40,000 nt of DNA from the NCBI GenBank assembly GCA_033856275.1, contig JAWVFJ010000016.1, forward strand, positions 51,656-91,655. Direction: 5' to 3'. Source of the DNA: Solirubrobacterales bacterium. Its GTDB lineage: Bacteria > Actinomycetota > Thermoleophilia > Solirubrobacterales > 70-9. The notes below the pieces were generated by a model, which was not told the origin of the DNA, made no database searches, and saw only the letters and a list, made by a program, of their open reading frames with translations. This document shows, in pieces, positions 1 to 8,459 of this stretch (positions within the stretch are counted from its first letter, which is position 1; each line of letters starts with the position of its first letter). The position numbers were made by a program, and so were the translations under genes.

Positions 1-265
1 CGTCGAAGCTCTCCAGCGCGGCGAGCAGGCCCTCGTCACTGGCGGGTGCCGCCTGGCGCTGTTGAGCCAGCTCGATCGCCGAGGAGATGTTGCCGGTCTG
101 GGCGAGTGCGTCGCGCAGGGTCTGCAGCTCGACCAGTTCGTAGTTGCGGTGGTTGCCGACGGTGCGCTTTGGAGTTGGATAGCCGTAACGGCGCTCCCAG
201 CTGCGCAGCGTGTTGGGGCTTACCCCCAGTACTTCGGCGGCTGCGTTTGTGCGTATGCCTGGCAT
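1..265 (-). CDS. MerR-family HTH transcriptional regulator (C-terminal part runs off the window)
   Basis: Manual reverse-strand translation from ATG at 265..263 gives MPGIRTNAAAEVLGVSPNTLRSWERRYGYPTPKRTVGNHRNYELVELQTLRDAL, a typical MerR-type N-terminal HTH. The frame stays open to position 1, so it is absent from the ORF track. Confidence 0.6.
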   Translation of the reverse strand, partial: MPGIRTNAAAEVLGVSPNTLRSWERRYGYPTPKRTVGNHRNYELVELQTLRDALAQTGNISSAIELAQQRQAAPASDEGLLAALESFD

Positions 266-367
266 CTCAGATCGGTTCCTCGCCCAGCGATCGATTTCGC
301 CGAGCTGCGGCATTCTCCCACTGGAATTCCAGGTTTACGCAAGTTATGGACAGATTTGCGAAATCTG

Positions 368-1096
368 TCAGCGATCTTGCAGAGCGCCAACGCCCACTGG
401 CTGCCCCACCGCACGGGCACGCCACATCGCCTCGTCAGCTTTGCGCAGCAGTTCATCTGCGTCATTGCCATGTTCCGGACAGGCCACGACGCCGGCCGAG
501 ATCGCGATCCTCAGACCGCCGGCGGCCTCTAGCTCGTCGAGCATCCGCAGCAACCGCTCCGTCATCTGCACGCCCTCGACGGTGGACTGGTTGGGGGCCA
601 GCACGCAGAGCGCGTCCTCTTCGAGCAGAAAGGTCTCGTCGACGATCCGCACCGCGTCGCGCAGCGCGGCGCCGACCACGGCGAGCATCGTCTCGCGGGC
701 TTGACCCTCATCTTCCTCGCGTGCCCCCGGCCCATCGACGTCGAAGACGACAAGGCCAAAGGGGTGCCCGTAGCGCTTGTTGGTCTCGATCATCTGGTCG
801 AGACGCCGGCGCATATGGCCTGGCTGGAAGAGGCTGTTGGGCACCGCCGCCTGTGGCTGTGCTGGCGGTGAGTTCGCCTGCTGCTCACAAACCGCCGCCA
901 CGGCGGTCGCGGTGACCGAGCCGAACTCCTCGGCCAACCTCTGCGCCGCCTCAGCGAACGGCTCTGCGTCGCTCGAGCCTAGCTCGGCCCGCAGCTTGGC
1001 CAGCAGGGAAGCCTGCAGCGAGGAGACCTCGCGGGCGACCTGGCCGGCCGGAGATCCGTTGGAACCAGCATCTTTTGTCGGGATTCCCGTCGCCAC
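368..1096 (-). CDS. GGDEF-domain protein with degenerate active-site motif (LEEDA in place of GGDEF)
   Basis: 242-aa ORF. The C-terminal half has the GGDEF-domain layout (FGLVVFDVDG..., ALRDAVRIVDETFLLEEDALCVLAPN, ISAGVVACPEHGNDADELLRKADEAMWRAR). The signature GG(D/E)EF is replaced by LEEDA. Confidence 0.6.
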   Translation of the reverse strand: MATGIPTKDAGSNGSPAGQVAREVSSLQASLLAKLRAELGSSDAEPFAEAAQRLAEEFGSVTATAVAAVCEQQANSPPAQPQAAVPNSLFQPGHMRRRLDQMIETNKRYGHPFGLVVFDVDGPGAREEDEGQARETMLAVVGAALRDAVRIVDETFLLEEDALCVLAPNQSTVEGVQMTERLLRMLDELEAAGGLRIAISAGVVACPEHGNDADELLRKADEAMWRARAVGQPVGVGALQDR

Positions 1097-1194
1097 TCGA
1101 AGACCTTCTCGAAAGCAACGGACGCAAGTCCCGCAAAATCTCGCTATTTGCGGTCCGACACTTGTCTAGTCAAATCGTCCGTTCTACTCCGCCG

Positions 1195-1239
1195 GGTGCA
1201 ACGTTTTGTCCCCCTGTGGCGGGGACAAAACGTTGCACC
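1195..1239. repeat. Perfect 19-bp-arm palindrome GGTGCAACGTTTTGTCCCC / GGGGACAAAACGTTGCACC; probable recR terminator and member of a repeat family
   Basis: Arms at 1195..1213 and 1221..1239 are exact reverse complements. It sits about 30 nt downstream of the recR stop (1268, minus strand). Related copies lie at 29458..29504 and 29520..29564. Confidence 0.65.
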
Positions 1240-1267
1240 ATGACATCCGTTGGGGGAGGGCGGAGCG

Positions 1268-1870
1268 TCAGTCGAGACTGCGACGGCCGGCGAAGGCCTT
1301 GCCCAGCGTCACCTCATCGGCGTGCTCGAGGTCGGCGCCGACGGGCAGGCCGCTGGCGAGGCGGGTGACGGCTACCTGGCCGCGCAGGCGCTCGGCGATG
1401 TGCAGCGCGGTCGCCTCGCCGGTGGTCGTCGGGTTGGTGGCGAGGACGACCTCGCTCACCCCCCCACCCTCGACTCGACGCAGAAGCTCGGCGATCTTCA
1501 GGTCCTCGGCATCGACGCCGTCGATCGGCGAGAGGGCGCCGCCGAGCACGTGGTAGAGACCGCGGTACTCGTGCGTGCGCTCGATCGGGATCACGTCGGC
1601 CGGTTCCTCGACCACGCAGATCGTCGCCTGATCGCGGTTTGGATCGGCGCAGATCCGGCAGCGCGGCCCCTCGGAGAGGTTGAAGCACTCCTCGCAGAGG
1701 CCGACCTTCTCCTTCACCTCGCGGATCGCGACCGAGAGCGCCGTTGCCTCTTCGTCGGGCGCGCGAAGGATGTGGAAGGCGAGCCGCTGCGCCGTGCGCT
1801 GGCCGATCCCCGGCAGCCGCGAGAGCTCGGCGACGAGGCGCGCCAGCGGCGCCGGTCCCTCGGCGCTCAA
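1268..1870 (-). CDS. recR: Recombination protein RecR
   Basis: 200-aa ORF with an N-terminal HhH (LSRLPGIGQRTAQRLAFHIL), a C4 zinc finger (CEECFNLSEGPRCRIC) and a Toprim region (ICVVEEPADVIPIERT...GLYHVLGG). It sits in the conserved dnaX-ybaB-recR synteny. Confidence 0.95.
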   Translation of the reverse strand: MSAEGPAPLARLVAELSRLPGIGQRTAQRLAFHILRAPDEEATALSVAIREVKEKVGLCEECFNLSEGPRCRICADPNRDQATICVVEEPADVIPIERTHEYRGLYHVLGGALSPIDGVDAEDLKIAELLRRVEGGGVSEVVLATNPTTTGEATALHIAERLRGQVAVTRLASGLPVGADLEHADEVTLGKAFAGRRSLD

Positions 1871-1936
1871 GACACACGACCTTCGCCAATGCTTCGGTCG
1901 CGAAGAGTCAGATATGCACGCGCCCTACGCACTGGC

Positions 1937-2269
1937 TCAGAGGCCGGGGAGGCCGCCAAGGCCTCCGGTGATCCCGCCCATCTTCGAGCTGGCCAGCTCC
2001 TGGGCGGCGCGCAGGCCCTCGTTGACGGCGGCCTGCACCATCTCGGCGAGCATCTCGGCGTCCTCGGGGTCGATCGCCTCGGGGTCGATGACGATCTCGC
2101 GCAGGGTCAGGTCGCCGCCCATCTTCACCTTGACCATGCCGCCGCCGGCGCTGGCCTCGACCACCTCGTCCTTGAGCGACTCCTGCGCCTGCATCATCTC
2201 GTCCTGCATCTTCTGCGCCTGTTTCATCAGCGCATTGACGTCAAAACCACCGGGTCCACCCCTAGCCAC
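1937..2269 (-). CDS. ybaB: Nucleoid-associated protein YbaB/EbfC family
   Basis: 110-aa ORF (NALMKQAQKMQDEMMQAQESLKDEVVEASAGGGMVKVKMGGDLTLREIVIDPEAIDPED) between dnaX and recR. Size, sequence pattern and synteny are typical of the family. Confidence 0.9.
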   Translation of the reverse strand: MARGGPGGFDVNALMKQAQKMQDEMMQAQESLKDEVVEASAGGGMVKVKMGGDLTLREIVIDPEAIDPEDAEMLAEMVQAAVNEGLRAAQELASSKMGGITGGLGGLPGL

Positions 2270-4254
2270 TAGCCGACCTCCTCCGCGTCGAACTCGCTCT
2301 TCAGCTTCTCCACCAGCGCATCGTGATCGATCTCGCCCTCGGGGGCTTTCGCCTCCTCCTCGGGAGCGGCATCCTCACCGTCCAGCAGCACGTAGGTCGG
2401 CCGCAACCTCTCCCCAAGCACGTCCTCGATCGCGTCTGCCATCAGCTCCCGCTTCTCCGGCGTCTCCGCCTTGCGCTTGTTGAACGTGAGCTCACCGGGA
2501 AATCCGACCTTGAGCCCCTCCTCGTCGAGCGATACCGGCCTAGCCCCGTCAAACGTCGCCGCCAGTGCCGGACTCGTCTCTCGTAGCTTGTCCAAGACAG
2601 CGGGCCACGTATTGACGATCTGCTCGAGGTCCAACTGGCCCGCGGGTCCTGTCGCGGCAGGAGACCCACCGTCCCCTCCGGTAGCTAAAGCTTCCTCGGG
2701 GGCGGTCCCCCCTGCCCCGCCAGCCGCGGGAGAGTCCTCTTCGGCAGATGGCCCGGCTTGTTCCGGGCTGTCCGCTGACGTTTCGGGCTCGGAGCTATCC
2801 GCGGGTGCCTCGGGCTCAGGCTCTTCAGCGGAAGCAGGCTCTGCCGGCGCTTGGGCCTCAGGCTCGTCAACCGGTGGGGTCTCTGCCGGGGGTGGCGCAG
2901 GGGGAGGGGGGTCGAGGACAGCCCGTGGACTGCCCGCAGTGCCCCCCTCCTCCTGCGACAGGACCCGCGGCCGACCACCTCCAGTCCCTTGCTCGAGTCT
3001 CTCGATACGCCTGAGCAATCCCTCAGTCGAGGGGTCTAGGTCTGGGCGCGCCGCCTTGAGCAGTGCGATCTCCACGGCCATCCGGGCATCGTCTCCCTCG
3101 CGAACAGAGGTAAGAGCATTCGCAAGCTCGTCGATCGTGCGAACGAGAGTCGCTGGGCCGATTGAGCTTGCTTGCGCCGTAAGTCGATCGGCGTCAGTCG
3201 CGGTCACCACGAAGGTATTGGGCACCTCGCCGACCGTCTGCGTCACCAGCAGATGCCGCAGGTGCGCCAGCAGGTCACGGGCAAACTGGGCGGGATCGCG
3301 GCCGGAGCGGGCCATCTTCTCGACTCCGAACAGGACGCCCTTTGGATCCTCCGCGACGACTGAGTCAACCGCGTCGAAGAGCAGTTCGGCGTCAGCCGCC
3401 CCGAGCAACTCGAGCACGTCATCGAGTTTGACCTGGTTGCCACCGAAGGCGACCAGCTGGTCCAGGGTGCCGAGCGCGTCGCGGAAGCTGCCCGAGGCAG
3501 AGCGGGCGATCATCGCCACCGCGGCGTCCTCGGCCTCGATCCCCTCGGCAGCGGCGACCCGGTTCAGCACCTCGGAGATCTGCTCCAGCGAAGGGCGCTG
3601 GAAGTCGAAGCGCTGGCAGCGGTCGGCGATCGTCGCCATCACCTTGTGCGCCTCGGTCGTGGCGAGCACGAAGACCGTGTTGGGCGGCGGCTCCTCGAGC
3701 GTCTTCAGGAAGGCGTTCCAGGCCTCCTTGGTCAGCATGTGCGCCTCGTCGAGGATGTAGACCTTCCAGCGCCCGCCGGCCGGCGCGTAGGCGACCCGCT
3801 CGCGCAGGTCGCGCACGTCGTCGACGGAGCGGTTGGAGGCGGCGTCCATCTCGATCACGTCGATTGAGCTGCCGGCGGCGATCGTCAGGCACGATTCGCA
3901 CTCGCCGCAGGGCGTCACGGTCGGCCCGCCGCGCTCGCAGTTGAGCGAGCGGGCGAGGATCTTCGCCATCGAGGTCTTGCCGGTACCGCGCGAGCCGACG
4001 AAGAGGTAGGCGTGGTGGACCTTGCCCTGCTCGACCGCGTTGCGCAGCGTGCGCACGACGTGCTGCTGGCCCACCACCTCGTCGAACGAACCGGGGCGGT
4101 GGCGGCGGTAGAGGGAGATCGAGTCGCTGGACGGCGGCACCAGGGCCAGTGTATCCGCGGGACTCGGTGGCCTCTGGCGACTTATCGGGCTATGTGACGG
4201 ATAAGTCGCCAGAGACCCGCCGGCAACTGCATCTGTAGGTTGCGCCGGTGCCAA
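2269..4254 (-). CDS. dnaX: DNA polymerase III subunit gamma/tau (start uncertain: ATG 4254 or in-frame GTG 4140)
   Basis: Contains LYRRHRPGSFDEVVGQQHV, Walker A GSRGTGKTS, a Zn module CGECESC, the box YILDEAHMLT and SGSFRDALG, followed by a P/E/A-rich linker and a tau C-terminus. The conserved core begins just after the GTG at 4140..4138. The 38-aa extension to ATG 4254 spans a 15-bp palindrome. Confidence 0.9.
   Translation of the reverse strand: MAPAQPTDAVAGGSLATYPSHSPISRQRPPSPADTLALVPPSSDSISLYRRHRPGSFDEVVGQQHVVRTLRNAVEQGKVHHAYLFVGSRGTGKTSMAKILARSLNCERGGPTVTPCGECESCLTIAAGSSIDVIEMDAASNRSVDDVRDLRERVAYAPAGGRWKVYILDEAHMLTKEAWNAFLKTLEEPPPNTVFVLATTEAHKVMATIADRCQRFDFQRPSLEQISEVLNRVAAAEGIEAEDAAVAMIARSASGSFRDALGTLDQLVAFGGNQVKLDDVLELLGAADAELLFDAVDSVVAEDPKGVLFGVEKMARSGRDPAQFARDLLAHLRHLLVTQTVGEVPNTFVVTATDADRLTAQASSIGPATLVRTIDELANALTSVREGDDARMAVEIALLKAARPDLDPSTEGLLRRIERLEQGTGGGRPRVLSQEEGGTAGSPRAVLDPPPPAPPPAETPPVDEPEAQAPAEPASAEEPEPEAPADSSEPETSADSPEQAGPSAEEDSPAAGGAGGTAPEEALATGGDGGSPAATGPAGQLDLEQIVNTWPAVLDKLRETSPALAATFDGARPVSLDEEGLKVGFPGELTFNKRKAETPEKRELMADAIEDVLGERLRPTYVLLDGEDAAPEEEAKAPEGEIDHDALVEKLKSEFDAEEVG
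4172..4214. promoter_or_regulatory. Perfect 15-bp inverted repeat (CTCTGGCGACTTATC ... GATAAGTCGCCAGAG) in the dnaX / GT-C divergent region
   Basis: Arms at 4172..4186 and 4200..4214 are exact reverse complements with a 13-nt spacer. The repeat lies between the candidate dnaX GTG start (4140) and the GTG start of the plus-strand gene (4248). Confidence 0.4.
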
Positions 4255-5759
4255 CGCGAGCCCGCAACTGGCTCATCCCGATCGCCTGGATTTGCGCCGT
4301 CAGCGCCCTTCTGCTGATCCTCTTCCCGCTCGGCTTCCCCAACTACGACACGATCTACGCGCTGGTCTGGGGGCGCGAACTGGCGCACGGCGTCAGCCCC
4401 GACTACGGCGCCGCGCTGCCCCCCACGCCGCACCCGCTCGCGGACCTGCTCGGCGTGGTGACGACGCCGCTCGGCGACGGGGCGATCACGGTGACGATGG
4501 TCGTCGCCTACCTCTCGCTCGGCCTGGTCGGCTACCTCGTCTACCGCCTCGGCTCGCTCTGGTTCGACCGCCCGATCGGCGCCGTCGCAGCCCTGATCGT
4601 GCTCACCCGCGCCCCCTTCCTCTCCAACGGCCTACGCGCCTACGTCGACATCCCCTACATCGCCCTCGTCCTGGGAGCTCTAGCCCTGGAGACCCGCCGC
4701 CCCCGTGCCGGCTGGCCCGTCCTGGTTCTTCTCGCCCTAGCCGGTCTGCTCCGCCCCGAGGCCTGGCTGTTCTCCGTTGCCTACCTGATCTATCTGCTGC
4801 TCGAACCCTCCAAAGCTTCTGCTGTCCCAGACACGAGAGACCCTGGCAACTCGTCCCGTCAGGACGCCCCTAAGGGAGAGATGAGGGCACCCCTCGTCTC
4901 CCCCGCCGGTGCCCTCCTTGCAGGGCTCGCCCTATCCGCCCCGCTCCTCTGGGCCCTCTTCGACTGGATAACAGCCGGCAGCCCCACCTACTCGTTCACC
5001 GGCACCCGCGAAACCGTCGACGCCCTCGCCCGCCAGACTGGCCCAGTCGACCTCATCCTCTACGGGCCGCGCCGGCTCGGCGAAGTTCTGCAGTGGCCCG
5101 GTATGGTCGGCGCGGCCGGTGGCATTGTTCTCGCCTTCGCCTTCCTGCGCCGCCGCGCCGCCCTCGGGCTCGTCGCCACTGCACTCGCTCTCGGCGCCTT
5201 CGCCCTGCTCGGCTCCGCCGGCCTCGCGATCATCGCCCGCTACACGATGCTCGGCGCGGCGATCCTGGCGATCTTCATTGCCGTCGCCCTACTCGGCTGG
5301 CGACTGCTCGAAGCGGGGCACCCTTGGCGCCGGCGCTGGCAGGTTTTTGCCGGTGTGGTGGCACTGATGTTCGTGCTCTGGCTCCCCAACCAGTGGAATC
5401 TTGACTCGACCGTGCACAGCGACCTCGCCAACCAGGGCAGGATCGAGCGCGACCTCACCGACCTCGTCAACACGGGTGCCTTCGCCGAGCCGCTCTGCGG
5501 CCCGGTCGCCGTGCCCAACCACCGTGCGATCCCACGGCTTGCCTTTGGCCTCGACGTGAAGCCGACCCGAATCGTCAGTGCCAGCGAGGAGGGCGTTCCC
5601 CGCCGCGGCTACTTCCTCGACCCCGCCAGCCCCTTCGTCATCCACAACTTCATCCTCGACCCCAATGACCCCACCCGCTTCTCGCTGACGCGCTTGAAGC
5701 CGCGCGGCTTCAAGCGCGTCGCCGCCAACGACTCCTGGCTGCTCTTCAAGCGCTGCTGA
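4248..5759 (+). CDS. Polytopic membrane protein, GT-C-type glycosyltransferase-like (ArnT/PMT_2-like)
   Basis: 503-aa ORF with many hydrophobic helices. An acidic/aromatic motif lies in the first loop (FPNYDTIYALVWGRELAHG) and a soluble C-terminal domain follows. The layout resembles 4-amino-arabinose/mannosyl GT-C transferases. No catalytic assignment is possible by eye. Confidence 0.45.
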   Translation: MPTRARNWLIPIAWICAVSALLLILFPLGFPNYDTIYALVWGRELAHGVSPDYGAALPPTPHPLADLLGVVTTPLGDGAITVTMVVAYLSLGLVGYLVYRLGSLWFDRPIGAVAALIVLTRAPFLSNGLRAYVDIPYIALVLGALALETRRPRAGWPVLVLLALAGLLRPEAWLFSVAYLIYLLLEPSKASAVPDTRDPGNSSRQDAPKGEMRAPLVSPAGALLAGLALSAPLLWALFDWITAGSPTYSFTGTRETVDALARQTGPVDLILYGPRRLGEVLQWPGMVGAAGGIVLAFAFLRRRAALGLVATALALGAFALLGSAGLAIIARYTMLGAAILAIFIAVALLGWRLLEAGHPWRRRWQVFAGVVALMFVLWLPNQWNLDSTVHSDLANQGRIERDLTDLVNTGAFAEPLCGPVAVPNHRAIPRLAFGLDVKPTRIVSASEEGVPRRGYFLDPASPFVIHNFILDPNDPTRFSLTRLKPRGFKRVAANDSWLLFKRC

Positions 5760-5881
5760 GCGCTGTAGGCTGGCGCCGCAATGGCCGGAGGGTTCAGCGG
5801 TCGAGCCTCTTCGGGCTGATCGGTGTCTTCGTCGTCGCGGCGATCTACGGCAGCATCCGCTCCTGGCGCCCGGGCGGCGCG

Positions 5882-6079
5882 ATGGACAGCGCCTATGAGA
5901 AGGTCGGGATCGCGATGGCTCCGTTCGGTTTCGAGGTCACGGAGCGGCCAAAGATCAGCATCGAGGCGCGTGAAGCGACGACGGGGCGCGTCGGCTCGAA
6001 GATCCACGGGCCGCTTGGCTTGACTCGCTGGAAGAAACTGACGGTCGAGGGCCCCGGAGGGCGTCGTCGTTACCCGTAA
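5882..6079 (+). CDS. Small hypothetical protein (possibly longer, N-terminal TM segment upstream lacks a canonical start)
   Basis: 65-aa ORF with G/C-rich third codon positions in a 400-bp gap between convergent genes. The same frame is open upstream to about 5762 and encodes a hydrophobic stretch (SSLFGLIGVFVVAAIYGSI), but without ATG/GTG/TTG. Confidence 0.25.
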   Translation: MDSAYEKVGIAMAPFGFEVTERPKISIEAREATTGRVGSKIHGPLGLTRWKKLTVEGPGGRRRYP

Positions 6080-6157
6080 GGGAGGAGCGCAGGCTGACGG
6101 CTTTACGATCTATGGCTCGCCGAGCGCCTCGCCGACGTCAGCGGAACCTGAGAGCGC

Positions 6158-6943
6158 TCAGCTGCCGCGCTCGACTCGCTCGACCGCGTCATGGGTGCTG
6201 GCCGCCAGAGCTGGATCGGCCAGCTCGATCCCCGGCGGCAGCTCGACGTGCAGATCGCTCGACGGATCGAGCTGAACGCGCAGAGCGCCACCGCAGCGCG
6301 AGCCGAGCACGTGGCCGCCGCGGCTGCGGTCGTCGCTGATGAAGTGGAGGTGGTAGCCGCTCACCTCGATCCCCTCGACGTAGGCCGGGAAGCGAAAGCC
6401 GAGCATGGTTCCGCTGACGTCGGCGAGCTCGAAGACGTGCTGCTCGGCGACGACCTCGGTCAGCGGCCGGTAGGGCGGACGCTGCCGCGGCACCGAGCGG
6501 GCGCGGACCAGCTCGAACTGGCCGTCGATGCGGATCGCGCAGGAGGCAGCGCCCGCGGGAATCAGCTGGTCGAGCTTCGCCAGCAGAGCTTCGTGGTCAA
6601 GAGGCCCTGCGATCTGTACGTCGACGGTCGGCTCGAAGCGAGTCACCACCGCGAATGGCGTCAACGCCTCGTCGGCCACCTCCCCGACCGCACCGTCCAC
6701 ATCAGCGCGGTAGAAGCGGCCGTCGAGAGCGACCATCTCGCCGTCGAGCCCATTCAGCGTGCCGAGCCCAAGGTCACCGTGCTCGGCCAAATCGGCGAAG
6801 GAGAGGTCGCCGTCATAGGCGCCCTCGAGCAAGGCCCCGATCGTCGAAGCCTGAAAGAGCACGTGCGCCTCCCGCTCCGCGTGCAGTTCCACCTCGCGCA
6901 GCGTCTCCACGTGCAGCGACCTGATCCAGCGCTCGTCCAACAC
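6158..6943 (-). CDS. budA: Alpha-acetolactate decarboxylase
   Basis: 261-aa ORF with family-typical blocks LFQASTIGALLEGAYDGDLSFADLAEHGDLGLGTLNGLDGEMVALDG and GYHLHFISDDRSRGGHVL. Confidence 0.85.
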   Translation of the reverse strand: MLDERWIRSLHVETLREVELHAEREAHVLFQASTIGALLEGAYDGDLSFADLAEHGDLGLGTLNGLDGEMVALDGRFYRADVDGAVGEVADEALTPFAVVTRFEPTVDVQIAGPLDHEALLAKLDQLIPAGAASCAIRIDGQFELVRARSVPRQRPPYRPLTEVVAEQHVFELADVSGTMLGFRFPAYVEGIEVSGYHLHFISDDRSRGGHVLGSRCGGALRVQLDPSSDLHVELPPGIELADPALAASTHDAVERVERGS

Positions 6944-6966
6944 GCCGCCAGTCTCCCACCCAACGA

Positions 6967-7016
6967 GGCGTGTCTGACTTAAACCCCTACATACGGTGGG
7001 TAAGCTCAGACACGCC
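6967..7016. promoter_or_regulatory. 11-bp perfect inverted repeat (GGCGTGTCTGA ... TCAGACACGCC) in the budA / channel divergent promoter region
   Basis: Arms at 6967..6977 and 7006..7016 with a 28-nt spacer. It sits in the 75-bp gap between the start codons at 6943 (minus) and 7019 (plus). Confidence 0.3.
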
Positions 7017-7018
7017 CA

Positions 7019-8449
7019 ATGCTGAGACGCGCGACTGAGACCACGCGGGGACGCGTCGCGTTGCTCCTCTCAGCCGTGGCGCTGGTGATCGTCGGCAGCG
7101 CCGCCCTCGTCCACTTCGCCTTCGGCGCCTATGAGGACTTCGGCGCGGCACTCTGGTCCGCTGTCCTGCACGTGCTCGATCCGTCGAGCCTGCACGACGA
7201 CAGCGGCGTGGCCGAGCGGGCGATCGGGGTCTTCCAGGTGGTCTCCGGGCTGGTTTTGCTTGTCGGCCTCCTCTTTACCTTCGTCGCCGAGGTAGTGAGC
7301 AGCTCGCTCGAGCGGCTCGGCCAGTCCGACCGGCCGGCCAGAGCCCGCGACCACCTGCTCGTCGTCGGTGGCATCGACCTGATCGGCGTGGCGGCATCGA
7401 CCGCGGCAGAGGCACAGCTCGAGACCGAACTGGATCGCCTGGTAGTACTGGCTCCCGAGTCGGCCCGCGATTCACGTGCCCAGATCCGCGACGAGCTGGA
7501 AGAGGTCGGCGGCAACCTCAAGATCGACCTCGTCTTCGGCGACACAGCGGGGGACTCGGGCTTCGAACTGGCGGGCGCCGAGCGAGCCCGCGCCATCCTG
7601 CTGATGTCGTCCAGCAGTGGCCCGGTCCCCGCCGAGGCCGCCGACGTCGAGGTGACGCAGAGCGGCCTCGCCCTGCTCGACTACCTCAAGGAGCACGACG
7701 CAAACCCTGCTGTACGGCTGCTCTTCCGCCGCGGCCGCAACGTCGATGCCAGCTGGGAACTCTTCCCGCCGGACTGGGATGCCGTCGTCGCCGACCGCAC
7801 CGTCTCGGCGGTGCTGCGCCTGGCGATCACGCGACCGCCGGCGCTGGCAAAGTTGCCCGGCTGGGTTGCCGAGCACGGGGCGATCGAGCCTTTCGCCAGG
7901 CTCGTCGACGCCGCCTGGTCGGCGCGAGACGGAGGGCCATTGCGCCTGACGATTGTCGGTTGCGGGATCAACGCACCGGCGCTGATGGAGGACCTGGCGG
8001 AGGTCGGGACCGAGTATTTCGCGGTGACGATGATCGCGCCCCGCGAAGCCTTCGACCGCTACCTCGGCACCGCCGAGCCCTCCGGAGTGAAGATCCACTT
8101 CATCGGGGCAAGGCCCGCCGACACCAACCACCTGCCGCGCAACCTGATCGAGTCGCGGCCTCACGTGGTCGTCGTCACTCCCAGCCCTTCCAGCTGGGAT
8201 CAGCGCACCTCCGACGCCGGCGCCACACTCTCCGTCTTCCACGTCCTGCGCACTGCCGGTGGCCGCGACCTGCCCGTGCTCGCCGAGCTCTTCCTGCCCG
8301 AGTCGGCAAAACGCCTTCCCAACGATCCCCGCCTCCTGGCGATATCGAGCCTGCGCGCGGTCGCCACCGCGATCGCTCTCAGCCTCTTCGACGCGCCGCG
8401 GGCGGCAGAGCTGGAGCGCCAGCTCGCCGCCGGCGCGAGCGATCGTTGA
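7019..8449 (+). CDS. CASTOR/POLLUX-like putative ion channel with RCK/TrkA-like cytoplasmic domains
   Basis: 476-aa ORF. N-terminal TM helices and a pore-like segment (FGAALWSAVLHVLDPSS...GVFQVVSGLVLLVGLLFTFVAEVV) are followed by LLVVGG Rossmann-like repeats. There is no canonical TVGYG K+ filter. Confidence 0.5.
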   Translation: MLRRATETTRGRVALLLSAVALVIVGSAALVHFAFGAYEDFGAALWSAVLHVLDPSSLHDDSGVAERAIGVFQVVSGLVLLVGLLFTFVAEVVSSSLERLGQSDRPARARDHLLVVGGIDLIGVAASTAAEAQLETELDRLVVLAPESARDSRAQIRDELEEVGGNLKIDLVFGDTAGDSGFELAGAERARAILLMSSSSGPVPAEAADVEVTQSGLALLDYLKEHDANPAVRLLFRRGRNVDASWELFPPDWDAVVADRTVSAVLRLAITRPPALAKLPGWVAEHGAIEPFARLVDAAWSARDGGPLRLTIVGCGINAPALMEDLAEVGTEYFAVTMIAPREAFDRYLGTAEPSGVKIHFIGARPADTNHLPRNLIESRPHVVVVTPSPSSWDQRTSDAGATLSVFHVLRTAGGRDLPVLAELFLPESAKRLPNDPRLLAISSLRAVATAIALSLFDAPRAAELERQLAAGASDR

Positions 8450-8459
8450 GAATCGCTGC

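Noticed and set aside
2660-2970. Repetitive-looking P/E/A/S-rich stretch inside dnaX
   Set aside because: This is the low-complexity tau linker commonly seen in GC-rich bacteria, not a DNA repeat array or CRISPR. No E. coli-type A-AAA-AAG frameshift site was seen.
1250-3760. Long plus-strand ORFs (1250..2272, 1680..2483, 2471..3760) opposite recR, ybaB and dnaX
   Set aside because: They lie antisense to three unambiguous housekeeping genes, and their translations are low-complexity.
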